DNA of 64,000 nucleotides from an uncultured Gammaproteobacteria bacterium (GCA_964597575.1 CAZQXB010000001.1:964-64963); one strand, 5' to 3'. Positions 21,108-30,910 are shown, numbered from the stretch's first letter. A program made the numbers and translations. Notes: generated by a model from the sequence alone, not told the origin.

Positions 21108-21470
21108 ATGAAGAAAAACATTCTTGTAAGCATTGCCGGAGCCGTACTTCTCGTGGGTGGAGCACTTTTTGTAGCCGCACAAAATAAATCTTCTACGGAA
21201 GAAGTACCAGAAATTACTTCGGCAGAAAAGAGAGTGGTCACCAGGGCCGAACTTAGCGCAGGCACGGGTGTTGATGGGAACCCGTGCTATACCGCAGTCG
21301 ATGGAGTGGTATATGAAATTCGCGATTCCATTTTGTGGGTCATGGGCCTCCACACTCCAACGAAAGGAAAAATAAAATGTGGAGACGACCATTCAGAGAG
21401 CATTCTAAACTCTCCTCACGGCAAAAGTAAATTAAAATATCTTGATGTTGTGGGAACCCTCGAACCATAA
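21108..21470 (+). CDS. Small secreted protein with a cytochrome b5-like heme/steroid-binding-type domain
   Basis: Signal peptide MKKNILVSIAGAVLLVGGALFVAAQ, then RAELSAGTGVDGNPCYTAVDGVVYEI. The domain assignment is from memory of the family consensus. Confidence 0.45.
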   Translation: MKKNILVSIAGAVLLVGGALFVAAQNKSSTEEVPEITSAEKRVVTRAELSAGTGVDGNPCYTAVDGVVYEIRDSILWVMGLHTPTKGKIKCGDDHSESILNSPHGKSKLKYLDVVGTLEP

Positions 21471-21481
21471 TTACACTCACC

Positions 21482-22237
21482 ATGCCCCGACGCGCATCTT
21501 TTATTTTCTTCTCTCTCACGGCGCTCATCGCCGTGAGTCTTTTTCTTTCTTTAAAAAATTCTCGTGTTTTCTTTTTTCCTCAGTATGAATATGCGCACAT
21601 CCGACTGCGTGTTTTTGTGGAAGGTACCGAGATCGATGTGGGGAATAACCCAAACGGCACGCGACTATTTCAAGGGGCGTGTAGTGCAGTGCTTCAAAAA
21701 GAACCTCTCGCCACGATCTTAAAAGACCCGCACAGTATTCGCTTGATGTGGAAAGGGGTAAAATTGCAGGATGTTTTCACCTATCTTGGTCTTCGCGACA
21801 CTGATTTTTTCGGCTACGTTTTTTCTCCGTCTTTTGGGGTTAAAAAAATTCCTCTTGAAGCAAAGTCGATTATTGTAGCACCAGAAGCTACTCCCCGCTT
21901 TTTATTTATTCGAACGGGTGAAGGGTACATTGAACGAGAAATTTCGGACTGGTTTGGAAAGTCGATCGAGGATGTATTTGGCCGAAGCAGTCAGATTCGC
22001 CTCAGCTGGTACACCCCCAATATTGCTTCAGCCCACGAAGAGGAAGGGGAAATAAATACGTCGAGTACCGACCCTCTGGTTATTCTTCAAGAACAAGAAG
22101 AAGCTCGGCGGTTAAATAATGTTTTGGGAGAAGGAGTCCTTTTTATCCAACATTCCAGACCAGAAAACGATCAAATTCAGCGAGCATTCGACACCTTCCC
22201 TCTTCTTTCAGGAAGTTTGTGCGATGAAGCCAGTTAA
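21482..22237 (+). CDS. Hypothetical membrane-anchored protein
   Basis: ORF with an N-terminal TM segment. No recognisable motif. Confidence 0.45.
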   Translation: MPRRASFIFFSLTALIAVSLFLSLKNSRVFFFPQYEYAHIRLRVFVEGTEIDVGNNPNGTRLFQGACSAVLQKEPLATILKDPHSIRLMWKGVKLQDVFTYLGLRDTDFFGYVFSPSFGVKKIPLEAKSIIVAPEATPRFLFIRTGEGYIEREISDWFGKSIEDVFGRSSQIRLSWYTPNIASAHEEEGEINTSSTDPLVILQEQEEARRLNNVLGEGVLFIQHSRPENDQIQRAFDTFPLLSGSLCDEAS

Positions 22238-22243
22238 AATGAG

Positions 22244-22272
22244 TTGACAAAACGAACAAAATGTGCTACACT
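22244..22272 (+). promoter_or_regulatory. Strong sigma-70 promoter for the metzincin gene
   Basis: TTGACA (22244-22249), a 17-nt spacer, then TACACT (22267-22272). An AAGGAG RBS sits 5 nt before the GTG start at 22344. Confidence 0.5.
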
Positions 22273-22343
22273 CAGCATAGTTCGTTTTTGTTTCTTTTCA
22301 CAATCAACGGCCGCTGCTCGCGGTTAAGAGCAAGGAGTGACAG

Positions 22344-23039
22344 GTGCGTACCATTACGCTTCTCGTGTTTGCAGTCATGCTCCTTGGATTCGTCCAGAAG
22401 CAAGACTCGCACAACACGCCCGTTCGCATGGAGTCGGATGTGATCCCGCTCTACGTGATCGGCGACGACTTTCCCATTCCGGAGCACCGCATTCGCGAGG
22501 CCCTCAGCACGTGGACCGCCACGTGTTCGAACCTCGAAGTGGTGCTGACCGAGACCCCGGCCGATGGCGTGATCCCTGAGGGGTCGATCACGGTCCAGTG
22601 GGACATGGTGTGGACGAGGAAGCCAGGCCTACCCGCTGAAACCGACACAGAGATCAGCGGAGGAAGAATCATCGGGGCTCACATCTTCATGAACGGAACC
22701 CAGAAGGATCTCTCCCCGACACCGCCCGACTGCTCGTCAGGCAAGTATGATGCAGCCCGAGTGTTTGCCCACGAAGTCGGGCACGCAATCGGCTTCGATC
22801 ACGCCGAGGGTGATCCCGGGCGTCGAATGTTCGCGACTGCGCTGAAAAACAAACTTCTTGACCCTCTCGACCAAGACGGTCGAAATGGAATCTGCGCCGT
22901 CTATCCCGTTCGGGAAGTTCCACCAGAAGTTGGTTGCTCGTGCACCGCTATCCCAGGAGGTCGTGTCGGTCTTGCGACCATCCTTCTCGTCATAGCACTC
23001 CTCCTTCTCCGAGTGAACAGCTTTTGGGAAGGAAAGTGA
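22344..23039 (+). CDS. Secreted zinc metalloprotease of the metzincin type (HEVGHAIGFDH) with a C-terminal hydrophobic anchor; in a GC-rich island
   Basis: HExxHxxGxxH motif, N-terminal signal peptide and C-terminal TM (LATILLVIALLLL). GTG start with a good RBS. ~59% GC. Confidence 0.6.
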   Translation: MRTITLLVFAVMLLGFVQKQDSHNTPVRMESDVIPLYVIGDDFPIPEHRIREALSTWTATCSNLEVVLTETPADGVIPEGSITVQWDMVWTRKPGLPAETDTEISGGRIIGAHIFMNGTQKDLSPTPPDCSSGKYDAARVFAHEVGHAIGFDHAEGDPGRRMFATALKNKLLDPLDQDGRNGICAVYPVREVPPEVGCSCTAIPGGRVGLATILLVIALLLLRVNSFWEGK

Positions 23040-23115
23040 CTACCCACCCCAAGGCAGATACTTCGAGGACATCTGCCAACTACCTTTACTGCGAATGAAT
23101 TCGCGAGAAAGGCAG

Positions 23116-23382
23116 TTACAATCCGATAATCGCACTTCCCCCACTTACTTCTTCTTGAATACCACGTACCAACGGGTGTTTTTTTAATTCTTGCAGAACC
23201 GCCGCACGCATTTTCCCCTCTCCAATACCATAAATCACTCGGCACGCGCTCACATGTCGAAGTGATAAGCGAGCAAGTTCTTGATCAAGAGTTATAAGCG
23301 CGTCCGTAATCGTGCCCGAAATATGCAAATCAATCACAGGGAGATCCGCTCCAATTGACGCTAAAAGTTCAAGGTCTTTCAT
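23116..23382 (-). CDS. Smr-domain protein (small MutS-related)
   Basis: IDLHISGTITDA...IYGIGEGKMRAAVLQELKKHPLV matches the Smr consensus. Confidence 0.6.
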   Translation of the reverse strand: MKDLELLASIGADLPVIDLHISGTITDALITLDQELARLSLRHVSACRVIYGIGEGKMRAAVLQELKKHPLVRGIQEEVSGGSAIIGL

Positions 23383-24638
23383 AGGGGTCGTTCATCTGGG
23401 TACACCTCCCATGCATGGGTGATGTCTGAAAAAAAACGAATGACAGCCTCTTTTTTTCCTTCTCTTTCAACAACATCTTCATAAAAATTCTCACCCATTG
23501 ATGTGGGAATCATTTGTTTTCCTTTGTGAAATGAAAGTTCGTACTGTGGCAAGGCTCCACGGAATTCTTTTTTCTCGCGAAGCTCTTTCAGTATTTCTTG
23601 ACCCAGGCGAACTGAGGTGCGAAAATGTTTTGTTCCGGGAACCGGCATAGCATGAGAAAAATAATGAAGTTCAACTCCTTCCTTTCGGAGGACATGCCAA
23701 AGATCTCCAATAATTTCGGCTGAATCATTTATACCTTTCAAAAGCACTGTTTGATTATACAACGAAACACCTACACGGCGCATGCGGCGAAATACAAGAA
23801 CAGCTTCATCTGTTATTTCTTGGGGATGATTTGCATGCACACCAAATCGAAGAGAGATACCTTGTGGTTTTTTTGTCCACGCTTCTTCAATTATTTTTTG
23901 ACATGAACTTATAAAGTGTTCAGTAAAACGAAATGGATTATGGAGCCACGCACGGGTGTTTACCCGCACAATTGTGATATTGGGTAAAAGTGCAATGTCA
24001 CGAAGACGAGAAAAGAAAACTTCATCCGTGAGTACCAAAGGGTCACCTCCACTTAAAAGTACTTGGTACGCGGTTTGGCTTTCAGAAATTATTTTAAGTG
24101 CATTCTTCCACTCAGCCTCACTCGTATCTGTTGGCACATTCTGAAGCAATGTTCTTTCTTTCTCAAAACAAAACCGGCAGAAGCTATGACAGGTGCTGGT
24201 CAAGCGAAGTAAAATAATATCCGGATATTTTTGCTGGATGAATCGATTTTGATTATGGAAAAAATCTTCTGGCTGTTCCCATACTTCTGTATATGAAAAG
24301 GTATCCAAAATATTTTCTTCACGTTGTGGAAGATGCTGTAGAAGAATAGGGTCTTTTGAATCTTCCCAATGAATAAGAGAAGCAAGAAATGGAGTGAGTC
24401 GAAATGAAGAGATGGTTTCCTTCGAAAATGTTTCTAGGTGTTCTTGGATGTACGGCGGAATCAAAAAAAACCGCGAGAGATGTTCGGGTTTCCGAATACT
24501 ATTGGCAAGCTGCCACTGCCAATTTGTCCAGCATTCTTTTTGCTGGATATCTTTTTTCATAGAAATGGACAGTGTAGTAGCAAAAGAGATAGATATAGCA
24601 ATGAAACGACGATATGAGCCTCCGCTGCGTTTGTCCAA
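23379..24638 (-). CDS. KamA-family radical SAM protein (lysine 2,3-aminomutase / EpmB-like)
   Basis: The CxxxCxxC cluster is in TSTCHSFCRFCFEKERT. The KamA-like N-terminus reads W.NW.WQLANSI. The true start is probably the internal Met (MKKDIQQ, about 24560). Confidence 0.8.
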   Translation of the reverse strand: MDKRSGGSYRRFIAISISFATTLSISMKKDIQQKECWTNWQWQLANSIRKPEHLSRFFLIPPYIQEHLETFSKETISSFRLTPFLASLIHWEDSKDPILLQHLPQREENILDTFSYTEVWEQPEDFFHNQNRFIQQKYPDIILLRLTSTCHSFCRFCFEKERTLLQNVPTDTSEAEWKNALKIISESQTAYQVLLSGGDPLVLTDEVFFSRLRDIALLPNITIVRVNTRAWLHNPFRFTEHFISSCQKIIEEAWTKKPQGISLRFGVHANHPQEITDEAVLVFRRMRRVGVSLYNQTVLLKGINDSAEIIGDLWHVLRKEGVELHYFSHAMPVPGTKHFRTSVRLGQEILKELREKKEFRGALPQYELSFHKGKQMIPTSMGENFYEDVVEREGKKEAVIRFFSDITHAWEVYPDERPL

Positions 24639-24774
24639 TAAACAAAAGAATTGTATTAGTCAGTAATTTCATCTTAATCCCCTTTGCTGTTTTTGTAACT
24701 CTCTCAGTTTGGCATAAAATTAGGAAAGAATCAAGATAAGAGAGGGATGAAATTTCGGTTGCGAATACGAACAC

Positions 24775-24987
24775 AATTATAAAACCCCTCAAAAGAAGGG
24801 TTTTATAATTGTGCCGCGAGAGAGACATCTCACTCGTCGCTTCACTCCTCTTGGGAACACCTTCAGGTTTTCCCAACCTTTCCTCGGCAAGTGAAACCTC
24901 ACGGTTTCACCCTTCCCTAGTTCGAGTCTCTCACTCCACCGTAAATCATAAAAAAAGATCCCACAAATGGGATCTTTTTTTATGATG
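24775..24987 (-). repeat. tRNA-3'-linked structured module, copy B (same family as 4614-4835)
   Basis: Read on the minus strand after tRNA-Leu: a 17-bp perfect hairpin (24946-24986); a segment antisense to the T-arm (gagagactcgaact); a core gaggaaaggttgggaaaacctgaaggtgttcccaagaggag; cgagtgagat; a direct repeat tctctctcgcggcaca of the tRNA 3' end; and a terminator (24781-24806). Confidence 0.5.
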
Positions 24988-25069
24988 TGCCGCGAGAGAG
25001 ACTCGAACTCTCACGCCCGAAGGTGCCTGCTCCTAAGGCAGGTGCGTCTACCAATTCCGCCATCGCGGC
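24988..25069 (-). tRNA. tRNA-Leu (anticodon UAG) with a long variable arm
   Basis: The reverse complement reads GCCGCGA-TG-GCGG-AATTGGTAGA-CGC-A-CCTGC-CTTAGGA-GCAGG-var-GAGAG-TTCGAGT-CTCTC-TCGCGGC-A. No CCA is encoded. Confidence 0.85.
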
Positions 25070-25118
25070 ATATGCACGATAGTTAACCAGAAAAACGCAT
25101 CTTGGTCAATAATCCCTC

Positions 25119-26516
25119 TTAGGGATATTCGACTCTTTTTTCAGAAATTTCTTTATAGAGCATCTTTGCTTTTGCACTTTCTGCCTTATGGTCGATGATC
25201 GGTGATGGATAGTCTGTGGAAAATAAAGTTCCCTTTGGTTTATACCATTCATGAATTTCTTTCGCTGAAACATCTCTTAGCTCAGGAATCCATTTTTTAA
25301 TATATACAGCATCTGGATCATACGTTTTTTGTTGTAGCCACGGATTAAAAATACGAAAGTATGGTTGCGCATCGCACCCGGTTGAGGCTGCCCACTGCCA
25401 GTTTCCATTATTGACCGACGGATCATAATCCACCAATTTTTGCGCAAAATATTTCTCCCCTTCTCGCCAGTCAATATGTAAATCTTTTACCAAAAAGGAA
25501 GCTGTGATCATGCGTGCTCGATTATGCATGTATCCAGTGGTGTTTAATTCACGCATACCAGCGTCGACAATAGGGAACCCGGTTACGCCATTTTTCCAAG
25601 CAGTAAGGTGTTGAGTATCTTTCGACCACACGAGATCGTCATATCTGTCATGAAATGATCGACCAAACACCTGCGGAAAAAACCAGGCGATGTGCGTAAA
25701 AAAATCTCGCCAATATAATTCATTAATAAACGTGTGATCAACCCCCAATGCCTCGGCGATGTGATGATATGATTCACGAATAGAGACCGTGCCAAATTTG
25801 TGATGGGCAGATAATAGACTTGTCCCCTGCACACCCGGAATATTTCGAATTTCACTATAATTTTTCAACTGACATGCCTCACGTAAAAGTTTTAACCCTT
25901 CTTTGCGACCACCCTGAACTCGAAGTTCTGGAAGTTTTGGAGGCAGAAGTGAATCCAAAAAAGAAAGTGATGTTTCACCAGAAAAAAGAGTACCTGAAAA
26001 AGTACCCGGACCGTACTCGGCAGGTGCATCGACACTCAGCGTTCTCGACTTTCTCATGAATGGAGTAAATACCGTATATGGTTTTCCATCATCCTTATGT
26101 ACAGTTCCAGGGGGATGAAGCAGTGTATCATGAGAGGCATAAAAAGAGATACCTCTTTTTTCGCAGAGTTTTTTTATACCTTCATCTCGCTTTCTACTAA
26201 ATGGGGTGTAGTCACTATTTACAAAAACTGCCTCTGCTCCAGTTTCCCTTAAAATACCCTCGAGCACTTCTTCTGCAACCCCAGACCACAGAGCAAGATG
26301 GCTTTTTTTCTGACGCAAATTACGATCCAGTTCTTTGAGCGAGGTATACAGAAAATGAAGTCCTGGCTCACTTCGGTAGGGATGTGCTTTTACTTGGCGT
26401 GTATCAAAAATAAATGCTGGGATAACTTTTTCCGATTTTTCGAATGCCTGAATAAGCCCGGTATTGTCGACCAGTCGCAAGTCACGACGAAAAAGAAAAA
26501 GGACTTTTTTATACAT
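25119..26516 (-). CDS. phrB: Deoxyribodipyrimidine photolyase/cryptochrome family protein
   Basis: N-terminal LFRRDLRLVDNTGL. C-terminal FAD-binding region reads W...GNWQWAASTG...YFRIFNP. Confidence 0.85.
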   Translation of the reverse strand: MYKKVLFLFRRDLRLVDNTGLIQAFEKSEKVIPAFIFDTRQVKAHPYRSEPGLHFLYTSLKELDRNLRQKKSHLALWSGVAEEVLEGILRETGAEAVFVNSDYTPFSRKRDEGIKKLCEKRGISFYASHDTLLHPPGTVHKDDGKPYTVFTPFMRKSRTLSVDAPAEYGPGTFSGTLFSGETSLSFLDSLLPPKLPELRVQGGRKEGLKLLREACQLKNYSEIRNIPGVQGTSLLSAHHKFGTVSIRESYHHIAEALGVDHTFINELYWRDFFTHIAWFFPQVFGRSFHDRYDDLVWSKDTQHLTAWKNGVTGFPIVDAGMRELNTTGYMHNRARMITASFLVKDLHIDWREGEKYFAQKLVDYDPSVNNGNWQWAASTGCDAQPYFRIFNPWLQQKTYDPDAVYIKKWIPELRDVSAKEIHEWYKPKGTLFSTDYPSPIIDHKAESAKAKMLYKEISEKRVEYP

Positions 26517-26631
26517 AGACTGCTCTATTTTACGAAAAAAGACGCTTCACTGCAAATTGATAAAAAGAAAAAGCCGTGATTCCTCCAGATCACGAGCTGA
26601 TTCCCTCCCGAGCGAAGCCGTACGGAAACCT

Positions 26632-27045
26632 TCATCTACGCCTCTTCTTCATCCGACGGGCCCGTTCTTGTCGAACACCCTCATAGCGCGCTTGAACGAA
26701 GCTCGCATACGGCAGGGTGACGCCTCTTGTGAGGCACTGAGGCGCACCCACCGCTTCTTCCTTAGCACACTCGTACGCCTTGGTGAACCACTTCTCGGGA
26801 AGGAGACGAAGAAGGGTGCACGGTGGCCACACGAACAGAAAGAACCTGACGGGGGAAGCGAAGAAGAGTCCAGACAGAGCGAGCGTTACCGCTCCCATGG
26901 CTGCGCCGGACGTTCTGGCCGGAGCGTGAGCTCCGAGCCGCAGAAGCAGGCCGACCAACGACCAGCCGAGAAGAAGCAGGAGCACCATACAGAGGAAGAG
27001 CCGGTGAATCATGACCCACCGGTAGACCTTTTTGCTGTATCTCAT
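26632..27045 (-). CDS. Hypothetical 2-TM membrane protein in a GC-rich island; paralog of the upstream gene
   Basis: Shares architecture and a FLFxxPPxxxxRLP motif with 27042..27452. Confidence 0.45.
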   Translation of the reverse strand: MRYSKKVYRWVMIHRLFLCMVLLLLLGWSLVGLLLRLGAHAPARTSGAAMGAVTLALSGLFFASPVRFFLFVWPPCTLLRLLPEKWFTKAYECAKEEAVGAPQCLTRGVTLPYASFVQARYEGVRQERARRMKKRRR

Positions 27046-27452
27046 ATAGCTCTCCTTTTCCCATGAGGTGAACTCACGATGCCTCGACTCTGCATCTCGA
27101 GGCGCAAGTGCGCGCGACGAATACGCAATGCTTCGATTTTTTTCGGGTTTACAGCGGCATTATAATCCGCATCAACCTTCCTGTAGAGAAGCCTCAGGTT
27201 TGTCGTCGGCAGGCGACGAATGAACCAAGCTGGCGGATTGAGAAACAGCAGCACCTCAACTGGTCGAGAGAAATACGAAATCGCAAAGGCGATAGGTAAG
27301 ACGAGAATCCCCATGGCAACTCCCAAAATCCACTGGGGCACCCGCACTCCAAGTTCGGCCAAGAGCAAAACGATAACTCCGACCAGAAGTGGCAAGTAGA
27401 TACAGAGAAAAAACTTCCAGTGGCACTGGGTGGGCACACTTGCTTTGTTCAT
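27042..27452 (-). CDS. Hypothetical 2-TM membrane protein in a GC-rich island; paralog of the downstream gene
   Basis: The two genes are a tandem pair with a 4-nt overlap. The motif here reads LLFLNPPAWFIRRLP. Confidence 0.45.
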   Translation of the reverse strand: MNKASVPTQCHWKFFLCIYLPLLVGVIVLLLAELGVRVPQWILGVAMGILVLPIAFAISYFSRPVEVLLFLNPPAWFIRRLPTTNLRLLYRKVDADYNAAVNPKKIEALRIRRAHLRLEMQSRGIVSSPHGKRRAI

Positions 27453-27546
27453 TTCACCATCCTCCTACCAAGAACCCTACCATTCTCTATTTCTTGGGTC
27501 AAGAAAACCCGATCGAGTGACCGGGTTATTCTTGTTTTTTGTGTTC

Positions 27547-29778
27547 TTAGTTTGAGCGAGGGCCATTAAATGGCTTACGCGGAGGGCGAGCCATTGGCGG
27601 CTGCTCTACATATCCTTCTGGCTTCGGTAGCAGTGCTTTCATCGAAAGATTTACTCGACCGAGGTTATCAATTTCTTTTACTTTCACCTTTGCCTTATCT
27701 CCAATTTTAAGTACGTCGGCAGGGCGACCAATGCGAGCCCAAGCAATTTCACTCACATGCACCAAACCATCTTTATTTGGGGTAAGTTGAACAAAGGCGC
27801 CGAAATCTTCTAAACGAACTACAGTTCCTTCAAAAATTTCTCCGACTTCAGGTTCATGAGTTAAATCGCGTACCATTTGAATTGCCTTCTTCATCGCTTC
27901 CCCATCGCTTGAAGTAATCATAACACGACCATCTTGTTCAATATCAATCTGCACTCCCGTGTCTGCAATAATTTTATTGATTACTTTTCCACCAGGACCA
28001 ATAACATCACGGATCTTTTCTGGATTAATTTGAAGCGTTTCAATACGAGGAGCGTATGGGGAAAGATCAGGACGAGGCGCTGAAATGGTTTGCTTCATCA
28101 CTTCCAAAAGCTGCATGCGGGCATCTTTGGCCTGAGTGAGAGTCTGCTGCACGGTTTCCCAAGTCAACCCATGCGTCTTTGTATCCATTTGCATGGCCGT
28201 AATACCAGTATCTGTTCCGGTAATTTTGAAATCCATTCCACCAGGACCGTCTTCTACATCTTGCAAATCCGTAAGGACGGTTGCGCGACCAGTATCATCA
28301 GATGCCAAACCCATCGCAATTCCGGCTACTGGTTTCTTGATTGGTACACCGGCTGCCATGAGTGACAGAGTTGAGCCACATGTTGAAGCCATCGAACTTG
28401 AACCGTTTGAGCTCATCACTTCAGACACCACACGAATGGCGTAAGGAAACTCGCTCTCTGGAGGAAGAACCGGAAAAAGAGCGCGTTCTGCAAGTGCACC
28501 ATGTCCAATCGCTCGGCGACCTGGACCGCGGAGTGGCCCTGCTTCTCCGTAACTATATGGAGCATCGTTGTAGTGATGCATATAGCGCTTGGTACCATCC
28601 TCTTCCATGGAATCGAGCGTTTGCACGTCCCCTGGGGCTCCGAGAGTAACAACCGAAAGCACATGCGTATCTCCGCGCATAAATAATCCAGAACCGTGCA
28701 CACGTGGAAGGAGGTCAACTTCCGTATGAAGTTCACGAATATCGGTAATGCTTCGTCCATCAAGGCGTTGTTTTTTATCTAAGATGCGTTTCGTAATTTC
28801 ATGCTCAACGTAGAGTTTAATATTTTTGAGACCAGCATCAAACGCTTTTTCCTCGAGCCCTAAGCTGATCAGGTTTTCTTTCGCCTTCGCGCTAATGGCA
28901 TCAAGCATTTCGTTGCGTTCTTTTTTGCCAATTTTTGGAGCATTAAAGATCATGCTCTCAGCCACACTTGAGACAAATGCCTTTGTGGCTTCTTCTACCT
29001 GACCTTCTGGAGTTTGCTTACGCTCTTCATTTGTTGGAAGAATCCACTTGGTCTGTCCAGCGTCACTTTGAATTTTTTTAATGAATGCAATCACTGGCTG
29101 AAGAGAATCTGCACCCCACTTCATGAGGTCGTACATGTCAGATTCGCTCACTTGATTTGCGCCAGCTTCTACCATAATTAATTTCTCCGGTGTACCTGCC
29201 ACAACCAAGTTCAAATCACTTGTTTCAAGTTCCGAAGTACGGATATTCAATTTTTTCTCTCCCGCTACACGACCCACGCGTGCCGCCGCAATTGGCCCTG
29301 ACCATGGAATTGGAGAAAGAGAAACAGCAATGCTTGCCGCTACAAGTGCTGTAATCGCTGCATCGTTTTCACCGTCAACCGAAAGAGCGGTGACGATCAC
29401 CTGTACATCATTACGAATTCGCTCATCAAAAAGAGGGCGAATCGCACGATCAACTAAGCGACCGGAAAGAATCGCCTCATCACTTGGACGACCTTCTCGT
29501 TTAATAAAACGAGAGCCTTTAATTTTTCCAGCGGCGTACAACTTTTCTTCGAAATCCACCATGAGTGGAAAGAAGTCAATTCCTGGACGAGTATTCTTAC
29601 TCTGGACCACCGTCGCCATGATCATGGTGTCGCCATACTGCACGACACACGACCCATGCGCTTGCTGCGCAAATTTACCTGTTTCTACACGCAAGGTTCG
29701 GCCACCCCAATCGAGGGACCATTCTTTTTTTTCAAACAACATACATGTGTTTTGTCTGACCCGAATACGATAGACCAA
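27547..29778 (-). CDS. pnp: Polynucleotide phosphorylase (two RNase PH domains, KH and S1)
   Basis: Full-length conservation. The C-terminal S1 domain reads [20 protein letters not shown]. The start is possibly the internal MLFEKKEW. Confidence 0.9.
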   Translation of the reverse strand: MVYRIRVRQNTCMLFEKKEWSLDWGGRTLRVETGKFAQQAHGSCVVQYGDTMIMATVVQSKNTRPGIDFFPLMVDFEEKLYAAGKIKGSRFIKREGRPSDEAILSGRLVDRAIRPLFDERIRNDVQVIVTALSVDGENDAAITALVAASIAVSLSPIPWSGPIAAARVGRVAGEKKLNIRTSELETSDLNLVVAGTPEKLIMVEAGANQVSESDMYDLMKWGADSLQPVIAFIKKIQSDAGQTKWILPTNEERKQTPEGQVEEATKAFVSSVAESMIFNAPKIGKKERNEMLDAISAKAKENLISLGLEEKAFDAGLKNIKLYVEHEITKRILDKKQRLDGRSITDIRELHTEVDLLPRVHGSGLFMRGDTHVLSVVTLGAPGDVQTLDSMEEDGTKRYMHHYNDAPYSYGEAGPLRGPGRRAIGHGALAERALFPVLPPESEFPYAIRVVSEVMSSNGSSSMASTCGSTLSLMAAGVPIKKPVAGIAMGLASDDTGRATVLTDLQDVEDGPGGMDFKITGTDTGITAMQMDTKTHGLTWETVQQTLTQAKDARMQLLEVMKQTISAPRPDLSPYAPRIETLQINPEKIRDVIGPGGKVINKIIADTGVQIDIEQDGRVMITSSDGEAMKKAIQMVRDLTHEPEVGEIFEGTVVRLEDFGAFVQLTPNKDGLVHVSEIAWARIGRPADVLKIGDKAKVKVKEIDNLGRVNLSMKALLPKPEGYVEQPPMARPPRKPFNGPRSN

Positions 29779-29886
29779 CGTTTCCCTAAAAAAGAGAAAC
29801 AGATCTAGGTGTCTTCGGACCAGAAATGAATAAATGGATATGCTCCAGAAGAAAGAGAAACATTTCTCTTTCCGAAGAACAAATCA

Positions 29887-30465
29887 TTATACTGCCCCAC
29901 CTTTTTGTTCAGGGGCACGGCGATTCTGCGCTTTCCGCTTATCGTAAATAAGAAAATTTCCTTCGTTTTGACTCAAATCAAGAAAATCATCCGCCTCATC
30001 ACGAAGACGGCTTGAGGTCGTTTCTCCAAAAGCGACAACTTCTACCTGCTTTCCAAATCCTTTCTGAAGGTACTCAACCAGTGGCAAATAATCTCCGTCA
30101 CCTGAGACAATCACAATCGCATCGAGGCTTGTGGCCATGCGAATAGCGTCAACGGTCAAACCCACATCCCAGTCGGCTTTTTTATTTCCGCCTTGAAAAA
30201 TCTGGAGATCCTTTTCTCGGGTTTCGATTCCCAAATTATAGAGCGCTTCAAAAAAAGGTTGCTCTTCCTGTGTTTCGGTTCGAACCACGTACGCAATCGC
30301 GCGGACGAGTTTTCGACCGGCCACAGCTTCTTTTACAATATTTCCAAAGTGTACTTTTCGGTTGTGCACATACCGTGCACTGTAGTACAGGTTCTGCACA
30401 TCAATAAACACCCCTACGCGCTGGTCGGGGTGTTTAATCGGGTTGCGTTTAGGCTGTAATGGCAT
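29887..30465 (-). CDS. NYN-domain (LabA-like) protein, predicted RNase-like
   Basis: VGVFIDVQNLYYS...IVSGDGDY motifs. The start is taken at MPLQPKRN. It overlaps the 3' end of rpsO. Confidence 0.6.
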   Translation of the reverse strand: MPLQPKRNPIKHPDQRVGVFIDVQNLYYSARYVHNRKVHFGNIVKEAVAGRKLVRAIAYVVRTETQEEQPFFEALYNLGIETREKDLQIFQGGNKKADWDVGLTVDAIRMATSLDAIVIVSGDGDYLPLVEYLQKGFGKQVEVVAFGETTSSRLRDEADDFLDLSQNEGNFLIYDKRKAQNRRAPEQKGGAV

Positions 30466-30787
30466 GCTCTTCAATTTCTTCAGGAAGATCGATCGCATCT
30501 TCGGTCTTCATGAGAGGCTTAGCCTGCTTCAATTTAAGCTTCGCAATGAGGTCTTCATACGAAGCTGCGTTTTCTTTTTTCAAGAAACGGAGCAAGCGGC
30601 GGCGTTCCCCTACCTTACGCAGAAGCCCGCGGCGTGATGAATGATCTTTATGGTGTGCTTTTAAATGTTCCGAAAGCTCTTCAATCTCTGCGGTCAAAAT
30701 AGCAATCTGGACTTCAGCTGAACCAGTATCGCCGTCGTGCAGGCGGAACTTCTTAATGACGTTTTGTTTCTTTTGCTTGCTTAACAT
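30449..30787 (-). CDS. rpsO: Ribosomal protein S15 with a ~23-aa C-terminal extension
   Basis: DTGSAEVQIAILTAEIEELSEHLKAHHKDHSSRRGLLRKVGERRRLLRFLK matches the S15 core. Confidence 0.8.
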   Translation of the reverse strand: MLSKQKKQNVIKKFRLHDGDTGSAEVQIAILTAEIEELSEHLKAHHKDHSSRRGLLRKVGERRRLLRFLKKENAASYEDLIAKLKLKQAKPLMKTEDAIDLPEEIEEHAITA

Positions 30788-30910
30788 ACAACATGCTTAG
30801 GTTATCGGGCCATAAGGCGAGCATGGCGCCAAGGTCCGGGATGAATGACGTTTAGGAGTGTAGCATGGAGCCAAAAAAGTGTCAAGGGGAAAATGCCGTT
30901 TCTTCTCTTA

